From assembly GCA_016935525.1 (NCBI GenBank), contig JAFGQU010000012.1, positions 67,248 through 117,433 of the forward strand: a stretch of 50,186 bases of DNA, read 5' to 3'. Below, in pieces: positions 14,769 through 24,024 of the stretch (the first letter of the stretch is position 1; each line of letters opens with the position of its first letter). A program made the position numbers and the translations under genes. Below the pieces are notes generated by a model. The model was not told where the DNA came from. It saw only the letters and a program-made list of their open reading frames with translations, and did not search any database. This DNA comes from Candidatus Omnitrophota bacterium. GTDB lineage: Bacteria; Omnitrophota; Gorgyraeia; Duberdicusellales; 4484-171.

Positions 14769-15633
14769 CGGAAAACGTCTGGATGCGTTTCTGGCGGTAC
14801 ACAGTGAAGCTCTCTCGCGAAACAAGATCAAAACTTTGATCGAAGAAGGTAAAGTTTCCGTCAACGGTAAGAATAAAAAAGCGAAAACCATTTTAAAGAT
14901 AGATGATGTCGTGGATATCCACGCGTTACCTGCTCCTAAAAAAGGACCCGCGGCTTTTTTTGCCGAAATCCCGATCGTCTATGAAGACGAAGATATCATC
15001 ATCGTGGATAAACCGGACGATCTCGTCGTGCATCCGCCTAACCCGGATTATCAAAACACCCTGGTCAATGCGTTATTGACTATGGGCAAAAAGTTAGCTC
15101 CGGTGAGTGAGCTGCGGCCGGGGGTCGTCCATCGCCTGGACCGGGAGACGTCCGGGCTCCTGATCCTGGCAAAAACAAAAAGAGCCTATGCCGGATTAGT
15201 CGAACAGTTTAAAAAACGGGAAATAAAAAAAGAATACCGGGCGATGGTATGGGGAAAGGTAAAACAAAAAGCGTTTACTATCGATGTGCCGCTTGTCCGC
15301 GACCGTAAAAACCGTCTGAAGATGAAAGTCGGATTGACCGGATCGAAGGATGCGATTACTCAGGTAGAGGTGATCAAACATTTTAAAGAATCGACCCTGC
15401 TTTCTTTGAAGCTTATTACCGGCCGGATGCATCAGATCCGGGTCCATCTGAAATTTTTGGGATATCCGATCATCGGAGATAAGAAATACGGAAAAAAAGA
15501 TGCCTATTCCCAGTTATTCCTTCATGCGCACCGATTAGAATTTTTTCATCCTGCTCATGGTACGTTTCTGACGTTTCAATCGCCGGTTCCTCAGCGATTT
15601 CTTGAATTTTTTCTTACTCATGACCATATTTAA
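14734..15633 (+). CDS. rluD: RluA/RluD-family 23S rRNA pseudouridine synthase
   Basis: 299 aa. N-terminal S4 domain, catalytic HRLDRETSGLL, and HQIRVH. Confidence 0.92.
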   Translation: MKRKFTVNQENDGKRLDAFLAVHSEALSRNKIKTLIEEGKVSVNGKNKKAKTILKIDDVVDIHALPAPKKGPAAFFAEIPIVYEDEDIIIVDKPDDLVVHPPNPDYQNTLVNALLTMGKKLAPVSELRPGVVHRLDRETSGLLILAKTKRAYAGLVEQFKKREIKKEYRAMVWGKVKQKAFTIDVPLVRDRKNRLKMKVGLTGSKDAITQVEVIKHFKESTLLSLKLITGRMHQIRVHLKFLGYPIIGDKKYGKKDAYSQLFLHAHRLEFFHPAHGTFLTFQSPVPQRFLEFFLTHDHI

Positions 15634-16948
15634 TATTAAACCGCTTAGGTGTGTACACGCGCGAATTCCTATCCCTGCCGATAAGTCTATTTCCCACCGG
15701 GCACTGATCATCTCCGCGATTGCCGAAGGGGCAACCGAAATACGTAATTTCCTGGAGAGCCAGGATACTTTGGCGACGATGGGTTGTCTTAAAAAAATGA
15801 AAATAAAAATGTCTTACTCCAAACTGTTACGCCGGGTAATCGTGACCGGCAAAGGATTAAAGTGGCCTAAAAGTAAACCGCTCTCTCTTTACGCTTCTTC
15901 TTCCGGGACGACTATCCGTATCCTTAGCGGGATCCTTGCCGGGCAGGAAAGCGAGGTCACGTTTAATGCTTCAGAAGGATTGCGTCGCCGTCCTATGGCC
16001 CGGATCACGGCCCCGTTGAGAAAGATGAATGCCCGCATCGAGGGGCGGAAAATAAAAAGCAATGAATATCCGCCGCTGGTCATCCGTCCGGCTCAAGGCC
16101 TTTGCGGTATACATTATATTCTGCCTCAGGCCAGCGCTCAGGTGAAAACAGCGCTTCTTTTTGCTTCATTGTATGCTCAAGGTCCCACCCGTATTAAAGA
16201 GCCGTACCCTTGCCGTGACCATACCGAAAGGATGTTGACACTTTTCAAAGCCGCAATCCGTACCGAAAGGGGATATATCGTAAGTACACCGGTGAAAAAA
16301 CTCAAAGGTCCGCGTACTCTTTTCGTACCGGGGGATTTTTCTTCGGCCGCATTTTTTATCGCCGCCGGAGTACTCTTGGAACAGTCAAAGATCACGTTGC
16401 CCCGTATCGGGATCAACCCGACCCGGATCGGGTTTCTCGGCCTATTAAAAAAGATGGGGGCCCGTATCGAGTTAAAGAATAAAAAGAATTATTTCGAACC
16501 GTATGCCGATATAGTGGTTTCTTCTTCAAGGCTTCGCGCCCTCACGGTGAACGCGCGCCAGGTGCCGCTTTTGATCGATGAGTTGCCGATTTTGATGGTA
16601 TGTGCCAGCTTTGCCCGCGGGACTACCCGGATATACGGGTTAAAAGAGCTGAAAGTAAAAGAGACCGACCGGATCACGTCGATGGTATATAATCTGCGTA
16701 AAGCGGGAGTGGACATCACTGCCGGCCAATACGGGAAAAAGAAAGACTGGAAAGTGGTTATCCGGGGTAATCCCGCCTTTAAGTCCGCGTGTCCCCTACG
16801 ATTCAAGAGTTTTTCCGATCATCGTACGGCGATGAGTATGATCGTGTTCGGTATCGCTTCCGGATGCCGGCATAGTATTGATGATATACGTTGTATTGAT
16901 AAATCGTTTCCCGGATTCGTTGCATTGGTCAAATCACTTTATCGATAA
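15620..16948 (+). CDS. aroA: 3-phosphoshikimate 1-carboxyvinyltransferase (EPSP synthase)
   Basis: PADKSISHRALI, VPGDFSSAAFF, KETDRI and DHRTAMS motifs. The ATG at 15620 is preferred over the ORF-track TTG at 15602. Confidence 0.93.
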   Translation: MTIFNIKPLRCVHARIPIPADKSISHRALIISAIAEGATEIRNFLESQDTLATMGCLKKMKIKMSYSKLLRRVIVTGKGLKWPKSKPLSLYASSSGTTIRILSGILAGQESEVTFNASEGLRRRPMARITAPLRKMNARIEGRKIKSNEYPPLVIRPAQGLCGIHYILPQASAQVKTALLFASLYAQGPTRIKEPYPCRDHTERMLTLFKAAIRTERGYIVSTPVKKLKGPRTLFVPGDFSSAAFFIAAGVLLEQSKITLPRIGINPTRIGFLGLLKKMGARIELKNKKNYFEPYADIVVSSSRLRALTVNARQVPLLIDELPILMVCASFARGTTRIYGLKELKVKETDRITSMVYNLRKAGVDITAGQYGKKKDWKVVIRGNPAFKSACPLRFKSFSDHRTAMSMIVFGIASGCRHSIDDIRCIDKSFPGFVALVKSLYR

Positions 16949-16959
16949 TGAAGCGTTCA

Positions 16960-17112
16960 GAAATAAAGAAATCCATGGAAATATGTCCCTGCGGGACGAA
17001 ATATATGTCGCTTCGTTCCATGAAATACAATTGTATTTCGCGTAAGCATATTTCACGAGTCTAAGCGAGTATATTTCACTCTGCAAGAGCAGAGCGTATT
17101 TCTCCCATTTTC
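16960..17112. repeat. Symmetric GAAATA / TATTTC motif array centred on a perfect 18-bp palindrome
   Basis: GAAATA-type motifs start at 16960, 16968, 16978, 16998 and 17022. TATTTC-type motifs end at 17039, 17054, 17077, 17102 and 17112. GAAATACAATTGTATTTC (17022-17039) is a perfect palindrome. Local hairpins GTCCC-TGC-GGGAC and CTCTGC-AAGA-GCAGAG lie between motifs. Confidence 0.8.
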
Positions 17113-17119
17113 AGAAGAT

Positions 17120-17881
17120 ATGCGTATAGTAAAATTTTCTTACCGAAAAAAAGAAGGGTGGGGCGTTCTGAAAGACGCTATCATCATAAAGGTATTAGAG
17201 AAGGACCCGTTTACTTCTTTAAAGTATTCCGGCCGGGAATTGTCTTTGAGAGAAGTGGACATATGTGCTCCGGCTTCACCTACCAAGATCGTTCTGGTCG
17301 GTCTGAACTACCGTCGCCATGCCCGGGAATTGAAGATGAAAATCCCTAAAAATCCGATCTTGTTTTTAAAACCGCCCAGCGCTCTCATCACTGTCGGTGA
17401 CCATATCGTCTATCCGCCGGGGGTGAAACGTCTCGATTATGAGGGGGAATTGGCTTTGGTGATAAAGAAACAGATAAAAAATGTATCGGCGCACGAAGCG
17501 CTGAAATCGGTGTTGGGCTATACCTGTCTGAATGATGTGACGGCCCGGGATATCCAGACCCAGGACGGCCAGTGGACCAGGGCTAAATCGTTCGATACCT
17601 TTTGTCCGGTAGGACCATGGGTCGTGCCGGGGCTTGATCCTCGTTCTCTTACGCTTACGACGTTGCTCAATGGCAAGGAAGTGCAGCACTCCTGTACCGA
17701 CGATTTTGTGTGTGGGGTCGAGAAGCTTATCTGGTTTATCTCGCGGGTGATGACTCTTTTCCCCGGAGATATCATCTCGACCGGTACACCGCAAGGTGTC
17801 GGACCGATGCGGCCCGGGGATGAAGTGACGGTAGAAATAGAAGGTATCGGCCCCCTGGTGAATACCGTCACACGACCCTAA
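17120..17881 (+). CDS. Fumarylacetoacetate hydrolase (FAH)-family protein
   Basis: 253 aa. GLNYRRHA, DYEGELALVI and CLNDVTARD motifs of the FAH / 2-keto-4-pentenoate hydratase fold. Confidence 0.9.
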   Translation: MRIVKFSYRKKEGWGVLKDAIIIKVLEKDPFTSLKYSGRELSLREVDICAPASPTKIVLVGLNYRRHARELKMKIPKNPILFLKPPSALITVGDHIVYPPGVKRLDYEGELALVIKKQIKNVSAHEALKSVLGYTCLNDVTARDIQTQDGQWTRAKSFDTFCPVGPWVVPGLDPRSLTLTTLLNGKEVQHSCTDDFVCGVEKLIWFISRVMTLFPGDIISTGTPQGVGPMRPGDEVTVEIEGIGPLVNTVTRP

Positions 17882-17898
17882 AAGAAGATTTTGAATAC

Positions 17899-17927
17899 GT
17901 GTGACTATGTGACGTGTGTCGTGTGAC
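17899..17927 (+). repeat. GTGTGAC heptad-type tandem array
   Basis: Reads GTGTGAC TATGTGAC GTGTGTC GTGTGAC. The complementary GTCACACG lies at 17867-17874, inside the 3' end of the FAH gene. Confidence 0.75.
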
Positions 17928-17944
17928 TTGATAAAAGGAGAAAA

Positions 17945-18361
17945 ATGAAGTCCTATACCGAACATCTGACGTTTCATACCAAAAAGAAAATAGAATTTAT
18001 CAATATTACCGATACGGTCGAACATATCGTAAAAAAGAGTAAGGTGAAAGAGGGATTATGCCTGGTAAATGCTATGCATATTACCGCTTCGGTCTTTGTC
18101 AATGACGAAGAAGACGGATTGAAGAATGATTTTATACAATGGCTGGAACGGTTAGCGCCGCAGGAGATCCTTACATACCGGCATAATCTTACCGGGGAAG
18201 ATAACGCGCACGCTCATCTTAAACGGACGATTATGGGAAGAGAAACAGTCGTCGCCGTCACCGGAGGGACTCTGGACCTTGGCCCGTGGGAGCAGGTCTT
18301 TTACGGTGAGTTCGACGGGGAACGGCCTAAACGGGTATTGGTAAAAGTGATCGGCGAATAG
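17945..18361 (+). CDS. YjbQ-family (UPF0047) secondary thiamine-phosphate synthase enzyme
   Basis: 138 aa. [12 protein letters not shown] ... [12 protein letters not shown] ... [13 protein letters not shown], typical of YjbQ. Confidence 0.88.
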   Translation: MKSYTEHLTFHTKKKIEFINITDTVEHIVKKSKVKEGLCLVNAMHITASVFVNDEEDGLKNDFIQWLERLAPQEILTYRHNLTGEDNAHAHLKRTIMGRETVVAVTGGTLDLGPWEQVFYGEFDGERPKRVLVKVIGE

Positions 18362-18440
18362 GCCGGCTAAGTTTCCCCCTTTTCGGATAATTTCTCTAAG
18401 TAATTGTCTCCCAACTATCTCATCGCAAAGATCAATTACC

Positions 18441-18469
18441 TTGACACAAAAGTTTTCACACGATAAAGT
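18441..18469 (+). promoter_or_regulatory. Candidate promoter of valS (near-leaderless)
   Basis: TTGACA, 17-nt spacer, TAAAGT. The ATG at 18478 is 8 nt after the -10 element and there is no Shine-Dalgarno sequence. Confidence 0.55.
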
Positions 18470-18477
18470 AAATAATT

Positions 18478-21180
18478 ATGCAGTTACCTAAGCAGTATGT
18501 TCCCCACGATGTTGAGGATCGTATTTACCAATATTGGCTTGAGAACGGCTGTTTTTCCGCACAGGTCGATGCAACTAAACAGCCTTTCTGCATTGTGATT
18601 CCTCCGCCTAATGTGACTGGGATTTTACATATGGGGCACGCTTTGAATAATACGATCCAGGATGTGCTTGTCCGGTTTAAACGTATGCAGGGATACGAAT
18701 CGCTCTGGATGCCGGGGACCGATCATGCCGGGATTGCCACTCAAAACGTAGTCGAACGAAACCTGGCAAAACAGGGATTACGTAAAGAGGATATCGGCCG
18801 GGAAAAATTCATCGAAAAACTGTGGGAATGGAAAGACCAATACGGTTCGACGATTATCGGACAATTGAAAAAGTTAGGCGCCAGTTGCGATTGGCAACGC
18901 CAGCGGTTTACTATGGATGCCTCCTACAGTGAGGCGGTAAAAGAGACCTTCGTCCGTCTTTACGAGAAAGGGCTTATTTACCGCGGTAATTATATTATCA
19001 ACTGGTGTCCGCGTTGCCGTACGGCGTTAAGTGACGAAGAAGCGGCTCACCGTGAACTCGATGGATGGTTATATTATATCCGTTACCCGGTCAAAAAAGC
19101 CGCCAGCAATAAAAGAAGTCCCGATTATATCGTGGTGGCGACTACTCGTCCGGAAACAATGCTGGGCGATACCGCGGTTGCCGTAAACCCTCATGATAAG
19201 CGGTTCACATGGCTTAAAGGGGCGACGGTGGTCTTGCCGATCATGGACCGGGAATTAAAAGTGATCGAAGACGAAGCGATCGATCCGGAGTTCGGCACGG
19301 GAATAGTGAAAGTGACTCCGGCTCATGATCCGGTCGATTTTCAGTTAGGGAAGAAACATGGTCTTGATTTTGTGAATATTATGAAGGATGACGCGGTATT
19401 GAATGAGCAGGCCGGTGAGTTTTCCGGTATGGACCGGTTTGAAGCGCGCGCGGCGGTGCTGGAAGTACTGCGCGAAAAAAAGCTCATTGAGAAAGAAGAC
19501 CCTTATAAGGTCAGTGCCGGCCATTGCTATCGTTGTCATACGGTGATCGAGCCCAGAGTATCGCTGCAGTGGTTTGTGAAGATGAAACCGCTGGCGAAAA
19601 AGGCGCTGGAAGTCGTGGAAGAAGATAAGATCCGGTTCTCCCCGGACCGCTGGAAAAAAGTATACCTCAACTGGATGAATAACATCCAGGATTGGTGTAT
19701 TTCCCGGCAGATCTGGTGGGGACATCAGCTACCGGTCTATTACTGTAGAAATTGTCAAGAGATGACAGGCAGAAATTCCAAATCCCAAATTCCAAATCCC
19801 AAATCAGAACCGGAACATGGAATTATTGTGGCCAAGGAGAAACCTGCCGAATGTCCGTATTGCGGCAGCACAGAACTTGTGCAGGATCCCGATGTGCTGG
19901 ATACCTGGTTCTCTTCCTGGTTGTGGCCGTTTGCGACGTTTTATTGGCCCAAAGAAGGGAATAAAGATCTTGAATATTTCTATCCGACTAATGTGCTGGT
20001 AACGGCTTCGGAGATCCTGTTTTTCTGGGTTGCCCGGATGATCATGTCGGGCCTGGAGTTCATGGGGGAGATCCCTTTTGGCCGGGTACTTATTCACGGG
20101 ACGGTACGTGATGCCAAAGGGATAAAAATGTCCAAATCGTTAGGGAACGTGATCGATCCGCTGGAAATAATCGGAGAGTTCGGTGCCGACTCTTTGAGAT
20201 TTTCATTGATGCTGCTGGCCGCCAGCGGTTCGGATGTCTACCTGTCCAAAGAGAAATTCCTGGTGGGAAGAAACTTCGCGAATAAAATATGGAACGCGAC
20301 CAGGTTTTTATTTATGAAACTGGAAGAGTCCGGTGTTATCGTGGAAGATCTCCGGGTTGATTCTCTTGGGTTAGAGGCGCCCGATATATGGGTACTCGAT
20401 AAACTGAATGAGACGGTCGTGCAGGTAACTGAAAGTCTTGAAAATTTCCGTATTAATGAGGTCACCAAGAATATTTATGATTTTTTCTGGAATAGTTTCT
20501 GTGATTGGTATATCGAGATCGTCAAAGACACCTTTAACGCGAAAACCGCCGGTATTCTGATCTGGTGCCTGGTGACGGTGATGAAACTGTTGCATCCGGT
20601 GATGCCGTTTTTGACCGAAGAGATATATCAACTGATAAAAACTCATACCCGTTTGAATCTGAACTCGAGCGTGATGACGGCTTCCTGGCCGGAACCGCTC
20701 CCATTTACCGTTGATGAGGCGTCCCGGATGATGATGGCCCGGGCAATCGAGATGATCCGCGTCATCCGGAATCTTAAAGTCGATCTCGGTATCTCTCCGG
20801 CGCAAAAGATCGTCATGAAAGTGAGCAGCCGGGGGGATTTCCGCCGGTTCTTTGAAGACAACCTGATATGGATAAACCGTTTAGGCGGAATAGAAAGAGT
20901 GGAATTCGTCGATCGTCTTCGGCGTATTCTGTTTAAAGGGGATGGGGTGGAATTAGATTTTCTTATCGATGATATTGACCGGGACCGGTTTATGCAGAGT
21001 CTTGATAAAAAAGTTACGATTCTTGACGGACAGTGCGACCGTATTGTTCAGAAATTACGTAATGAAAAATTTTTAAAAAACGCTCCGGAAGATACCGTGT
21101 TACAGCAAAAAGAACGGTTTGAACAGTTGTCCGGCCAGCGTCAGCGCCTCGAGGAGCTGAGAGAAGCATTGAAAGGGTAA
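18478..21180 (+). CDS. valS: Valine--tRNA ligase
   Basis: 900 aa. PPPNVTGILHMGH, KMSKS, CxxC...CxxC knuckles (CRNC / CPYC) and a C-terminal coiled coil. Confidence 0.97.
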   Translation: MQLPKQYVPHDVEDRIYQYWLENGCFSAQVDATKQPFCIVIPPPNVTGILHMGHALNNTIQDVLVRFKRMQGYESLWMPGTDHAGIATQNVVERNLAKQGLRKEDIGREKFIEKLWEWKDQYGSTIIGQLKKLGASCDWQRQRFTMDASYSEAVKETFVRLYEKGLIYRGNYIINWCPRCRTALSDEEAAHRELDGWLYYIRYPVKKAASNKRSPDYIVVATTRPETMLGDTAVAVNPHDKRFTWLKGATVVLPIMDRELKVIEDEAIDPEFGTGIVKVTPAHDPVDFQLGKKHGLDFVNIMKDDAVLNEQAGEFSGMDRFEARAAVLEVLREKKLIEKEDPYKVSAGHCYRCHTVIEPRVSLQWFVKMKPLAKKALEVVEEDKIRFSPDRWKKVYLNWMNNIQDWCISRQIWWGHQLPVYYCRNCQEMTGRNSKSQIPNPKSEPEHGIIVAKEKPAECPYCGSTELVQDPDVLDTWFSSWLWPFATFYWPKEGNKDLEYFYPTNVLVTASEILFFWVARMIMSGLEFMGEIPFGRVLIHGTVRDAKGIKMSKSLGNVIDPLEIIGEFGADSLRFSLMLLAASGSDVYLSKEKFLVGRNFANKIWNATRFLFMKLEESGVIVEDLRVDSLGLEAPDIWVLDKLNETVVQVTESLENFRINEVTKNIYDFFWNSFCDWYIEIVKDTFNAKTAGILIWCLVTVMKLLHPVMPFLTEEIYQLIKTHTRLNLNSSVMTASWPEPLPFTVDEASRMMMARAIEMIRVIRNLKVDLGISPAQKIVMKVSSRGDFRRFFEDNLIWINRLGGIERVEFVDRLRRILFKGDGVELDFLIDDIDRDRFMQSLDKKVTILDGQCDRIVQKLRNEKFLKNAPEDTVLQQKERFEQLSGQRQRLEELREALKG
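19776..19803 (+). repeat. In-CDS heptad tandem repeat (TYCCAAA)x4 inside valS
   Basis: Reads TTCCAAA TCCCAAA TTCCAAA TCCCAAA (also 2 x 14 nt). It encodes ..NSKSQIPNPKS.. between the two Cys knuckles. Confidence 0.9.
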
Positions 21181-21183
21181 CGT

Positions 21184-22050
21184 ATGGATGTTCGGTTGGT
21201 TCGTTCGGTTGTCCGGGAAGCATTACGGGAAGATGTGGGAGAGGGAGATATTACGACGTTCTTTTGTATCTCGCCGCGTCGCAAGACTAAGGCGGTCATT
21301 TTCGTGAAACAGCCCGGTGTCCTGTGTGGGATTGAAGTCGCCCGGGAAGTGTTTCGCGTAGTCGATGCGCAACTGAAATTCAGGATATTGAAAAAAGACG
21401 GACATACGATGAAAAAAGGAGATCATATCGCCTATGTATCCGGCCGGGCGGGAAGTATCCTTACGGCCGAACGAGTCGCGCTGAATTTTCTTTCGCTTCT
21501 TTCAGGAGTTTCCAGTTATACCCGGCAATTCGTCAATCAACTGAAAGGGACCAAAGCGAAGATCATGGATACCCGAAAAACCACCCCCACGTTACGGGCG
21601 CTGGAAAAATATGCCGTACGGGTTGGGGGAGGGCATAATCACCGTTTCGGATTATGGGATGCGATATTGATCAAAGATAATCACCTGCGGGTTTCCGATA
21701 TCATCAAAAAGAAAAAGTTCGATGAGGAAAATTTCGCTAAAATCGTTACGATGATCCGTAAAAATACCAAGTATAAGATCGAGGTGGAAGTCGAGAACCT
21801 TAATGAATATAAAAAGATAATCCGCCATTATCCGGATATCATCCTTTTGGATAATTTCACTCTGGCCAATTTACGTAAAGCCGTGGTGATGCGTGATGCG
21901 TCTTATCCCGCGGTGTTCCTAGAAGCTTCCGGCGGCGTGACTCTGCATAATGCGCGGCGGATCGCTCAGACCGGCGTGGACTTTATTTCTTCAGGAAGCA
22001 TTACCCATTCACCCCAGTCTACCGATTTCTCTCTGGAAATTGATGAGTAA
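21184..22050 (+). CDS. nadC: Nicotinate-nucleotide diphosphorylase (quinolinate phosphoribosyltransferase)
   Basis: 288 aa. GDITT, TAERVALNFL, IMDTRKTTP, GGGHNHR and LDNF motifs of QPRTase. Confidence 0.93.
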   Translation: MDVRLVRSVVREALREDVGEGDITTFFCISPRRKTKAVIFVKQPGVLCGIEVAREVFRVVDAQLKFRILKKDGHTMKKGDHIAYVSGRAGSILTAERVALNFLSLLSGVSSYTRQFVNQLKGTKAKIMDTRKTTPTLRALEKYAVRVGGGHNHRFGLWDAILIKDNHLRVSDIIKKKKFDEENFAKIVTMIRKNTKYKIEVEVENLNEYKKIIRHYPDIILLDNFTLANLRKAVVMRDASYPAVFLEASGGVTLHNARRIAQTGVDFISSGSITHSPQSTDFSLEIDE

Positions 22051-24019
22051 GTTCCGATTGATCAGTAAATTCAAACCTACCGGCGACCAGCCGCAGGCGA
22101 TTGACCGTCTGCTCGAGGGGATATCTGCCGATCACCGGGCGCAGACGCTGCTGGGCGTGACCGGCAGCGGCAAGACGTTCACGTTGGCCTGTATGCTGGA
22201 AAAACTGAACCGGCCGGTCCTGGTCATTTCCCACAATAAAACGTTAGCCAGTCAGCTGTATGCCGAGTTTAAAGATTTTTTCCCCTATAATGCCGTTGAA
22301 TATTTCGTGAGTTATTATGATTATTATCAACCGGAAAGCTATCTGCCGCATACCGACACGTATATCGAAAAAGACGCTTCCATCAACGACCGTCTTGACC
22401 GGCTGCGGCTTTCGGCGACAAGTTCACTGGTATCCCGGCGGGATGTGATCGTGGTTTCTTCGGTTTCCTGTATTTATAATTTAGGGTCACCCCAGGAGTA
22501 CCAGGAATTTACGATGAACCTCACGATCGGGGAGACCACGACACTCGAAGCTCTTTTGAAACGGCTGGTCACGTTACAATATGTACGTAACGATTTCGAT
22601 TTTCGCCGGGGAACGTTCCGCCTGCGCGGAGATATTCTCGACCTTTTCCCGACCTATAAAGAACGGGCCGTCCGGATAGAGTTTTTCGCAGATACGATCG
22701 AAAAACTCTACGAATTCGATCCGCTTACCGGTAAAAAACACCAGGACCTGGAAAAAGCGAGTATTTATCCGGCAAAACATTTTATGATTGGACGGGACAG
22801 GATTGAAGGAGCTCTCACTACGATTCAACGGGAACTGGAAGACCGCCTGAAATATTTACATGATCAGGGTAAGATCGTCGAAGCCGGGCGCCTCAAATCA
22901 CGTACCGAATATGATATGGAAATGCTCCGAGAGATGGGATATTGTCACGGAATAGAAAATTATTCCCGGCATCTTTCCGGGCGCCCGCCGGGGTCGCGGC
23001 CCGACTGTCTTCTGGATTATTTCGATAAAGATTTCCTGACGGTTATCGATGAAAGCCACGTGACCATTCCTCAGATACGCGGGATGTACGAAGGAGATAA
23101 ATCACGAAAAGAATCGTTGGTAACATACGGGTTTCGTCTTCCTTCCTGTCTGGATAACCGTCCGTTACGGTTTGAAGAATTTATGAATATCATCGGACAG
23201 GTGATCTTTGTTTCGGCGACTCCCGGTGAGTATGAATTGAAACTTTCTCAAAAGAGAGTGGTCGAACAGATCATCCGGCCCACGGGGCTCGTCGATCCCG
23301 AAATAGAAGTGCGTCCCAGTGCCGGCCAGATCGACGACCTCATCATCCAGATCCGCAGGCGTATCGAACAAAACGAACGGATCCTGGTAACGACGCTCAC
23401 CAAACGGATGACGGAAGAGTTGTCCCGATATCTGAAAGAAGAAGGGATAAAGGTGAATTATATCCATTCGGAGATCGAGACATTGGAACGGACGAAGATC
23501 CTTAAAGACCTGAGACTGAAGAAATTTGACGTATTAGTCGGAGTGAATCTCCTGCGCGAAGGGTTGGACTTGCCGGAAGTCTCTTTGGTGGTAGTGCTTG
23601 ATGCCGATAAAGAGGGTTTTTTGAGGTCCCAGACGTCTTTGATCCAGACCGCCGGCCGTTGCGCCCGTAACCTAAACGGTAAAGTCATCTTTTATGCCGA
23701 TACCGTGACCGAATCGATGCGTAAAGCGATCGATGAAAGCTGCCGCCGCAGAAAAAAACAGATCGAGCATAATCAGGCTCAGGGGATTACTCCGAAATCG
23801 ATAGAGAAAGCGGTACGGGAGGGAATCGAAGTATATCTCAAAGAAGAGGCACATTTAAAAGAACGGCTTGATTTGGGAGACCAGGGATTAGAGTTGATCG
23901 AAGCGATCGCTCAACTTGAAAAAGAAATGTATATTGCCGCCAAAAATCTGCAGTTTGAAAAAGCGGCGCAATTGAGGGATACACTGAACGAGTTAAAAGA
24001 AGCCCTTAAAAAAGCTTGA
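22043..24019 (+). CDS. uvrB: Excinuclease ABC subunit B
   Basis: Starts MSKFRLISKFKPTGDQPQAI. Walker A GVTGSGKT, DESH box, and a C-terminal UVR motif. The ATG at 22043 overlaps the nadC stop. The ORF-track start 21950 is rejected. Confidence 0.96.
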   Translation: MSKFRLISKFKPTGDQPQAIDRLLEGISADHRAQTLLGVTGSGKTFTLACMLEKLNRPVLVISHNKTLASQLYAEFKDFFPYNAVEYFVSYYDYYQPESYLPHTDTYIEKDASINDRLDRLRLSATSSLVSRRDVIVVSSVSCIYNLGSPQEYQEFTMNLTIGETTTLEALLKRLVTLQYVRNDFDFRRGTFRLRGDILDLFPTYKERAVRIEFFADTIEKLYEFDPLTGKKHQDLEKASIYPAKHFMIGRDRIEGALTTIQRELEDRLKYLHDQGKIVEAGRLKSRTEYDMEMLREMGYCHGIENYSRHLSGRPPGSRPDCLLDYFDKDFLTVIDESHVTIPQIRGMYEGDKSRKESLVTYGFRLPSCLDNRPLRFEEFMNIIGQVIFVSATPGEYELKLSQKRVVEQIIRPTGLVDPEIEVRPSAGQIDDLIIQIRRRIEQNERILVTTLTKRMTEELSRYLKEEGIKVNYIHSEIETLERTKILKDLRLKKFDVLVGVNLLREGLDLPEVSLVVVLDADKEGFLRSQTSLIQTAGRCARNLNGKVIFYADTVTESMRKAIDESCRRRKKQIEHNQAQGITPKSIEKAVREGIEVYLKEEAHLKERLDLGDQGLELIEAIAQLEKEMYIAAKNLQFEKAAQLRDTLNELKEALKKA

Positions 24020-24024
24020 ATCCT

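Noticed and set aside
17366-18025. 219-aa minus-strand ORF antisense to the FAH-family gene, and similar long antisense ORFs (for example 1175-1717, 3899-4351, 37741-38295, 48783-49247)
   Set aside because: Each lies opposite a plus-strand gene with clear family motifs. Their products are low-complexity and Arg/His/Pro-rich, typical of shadow ORFs.
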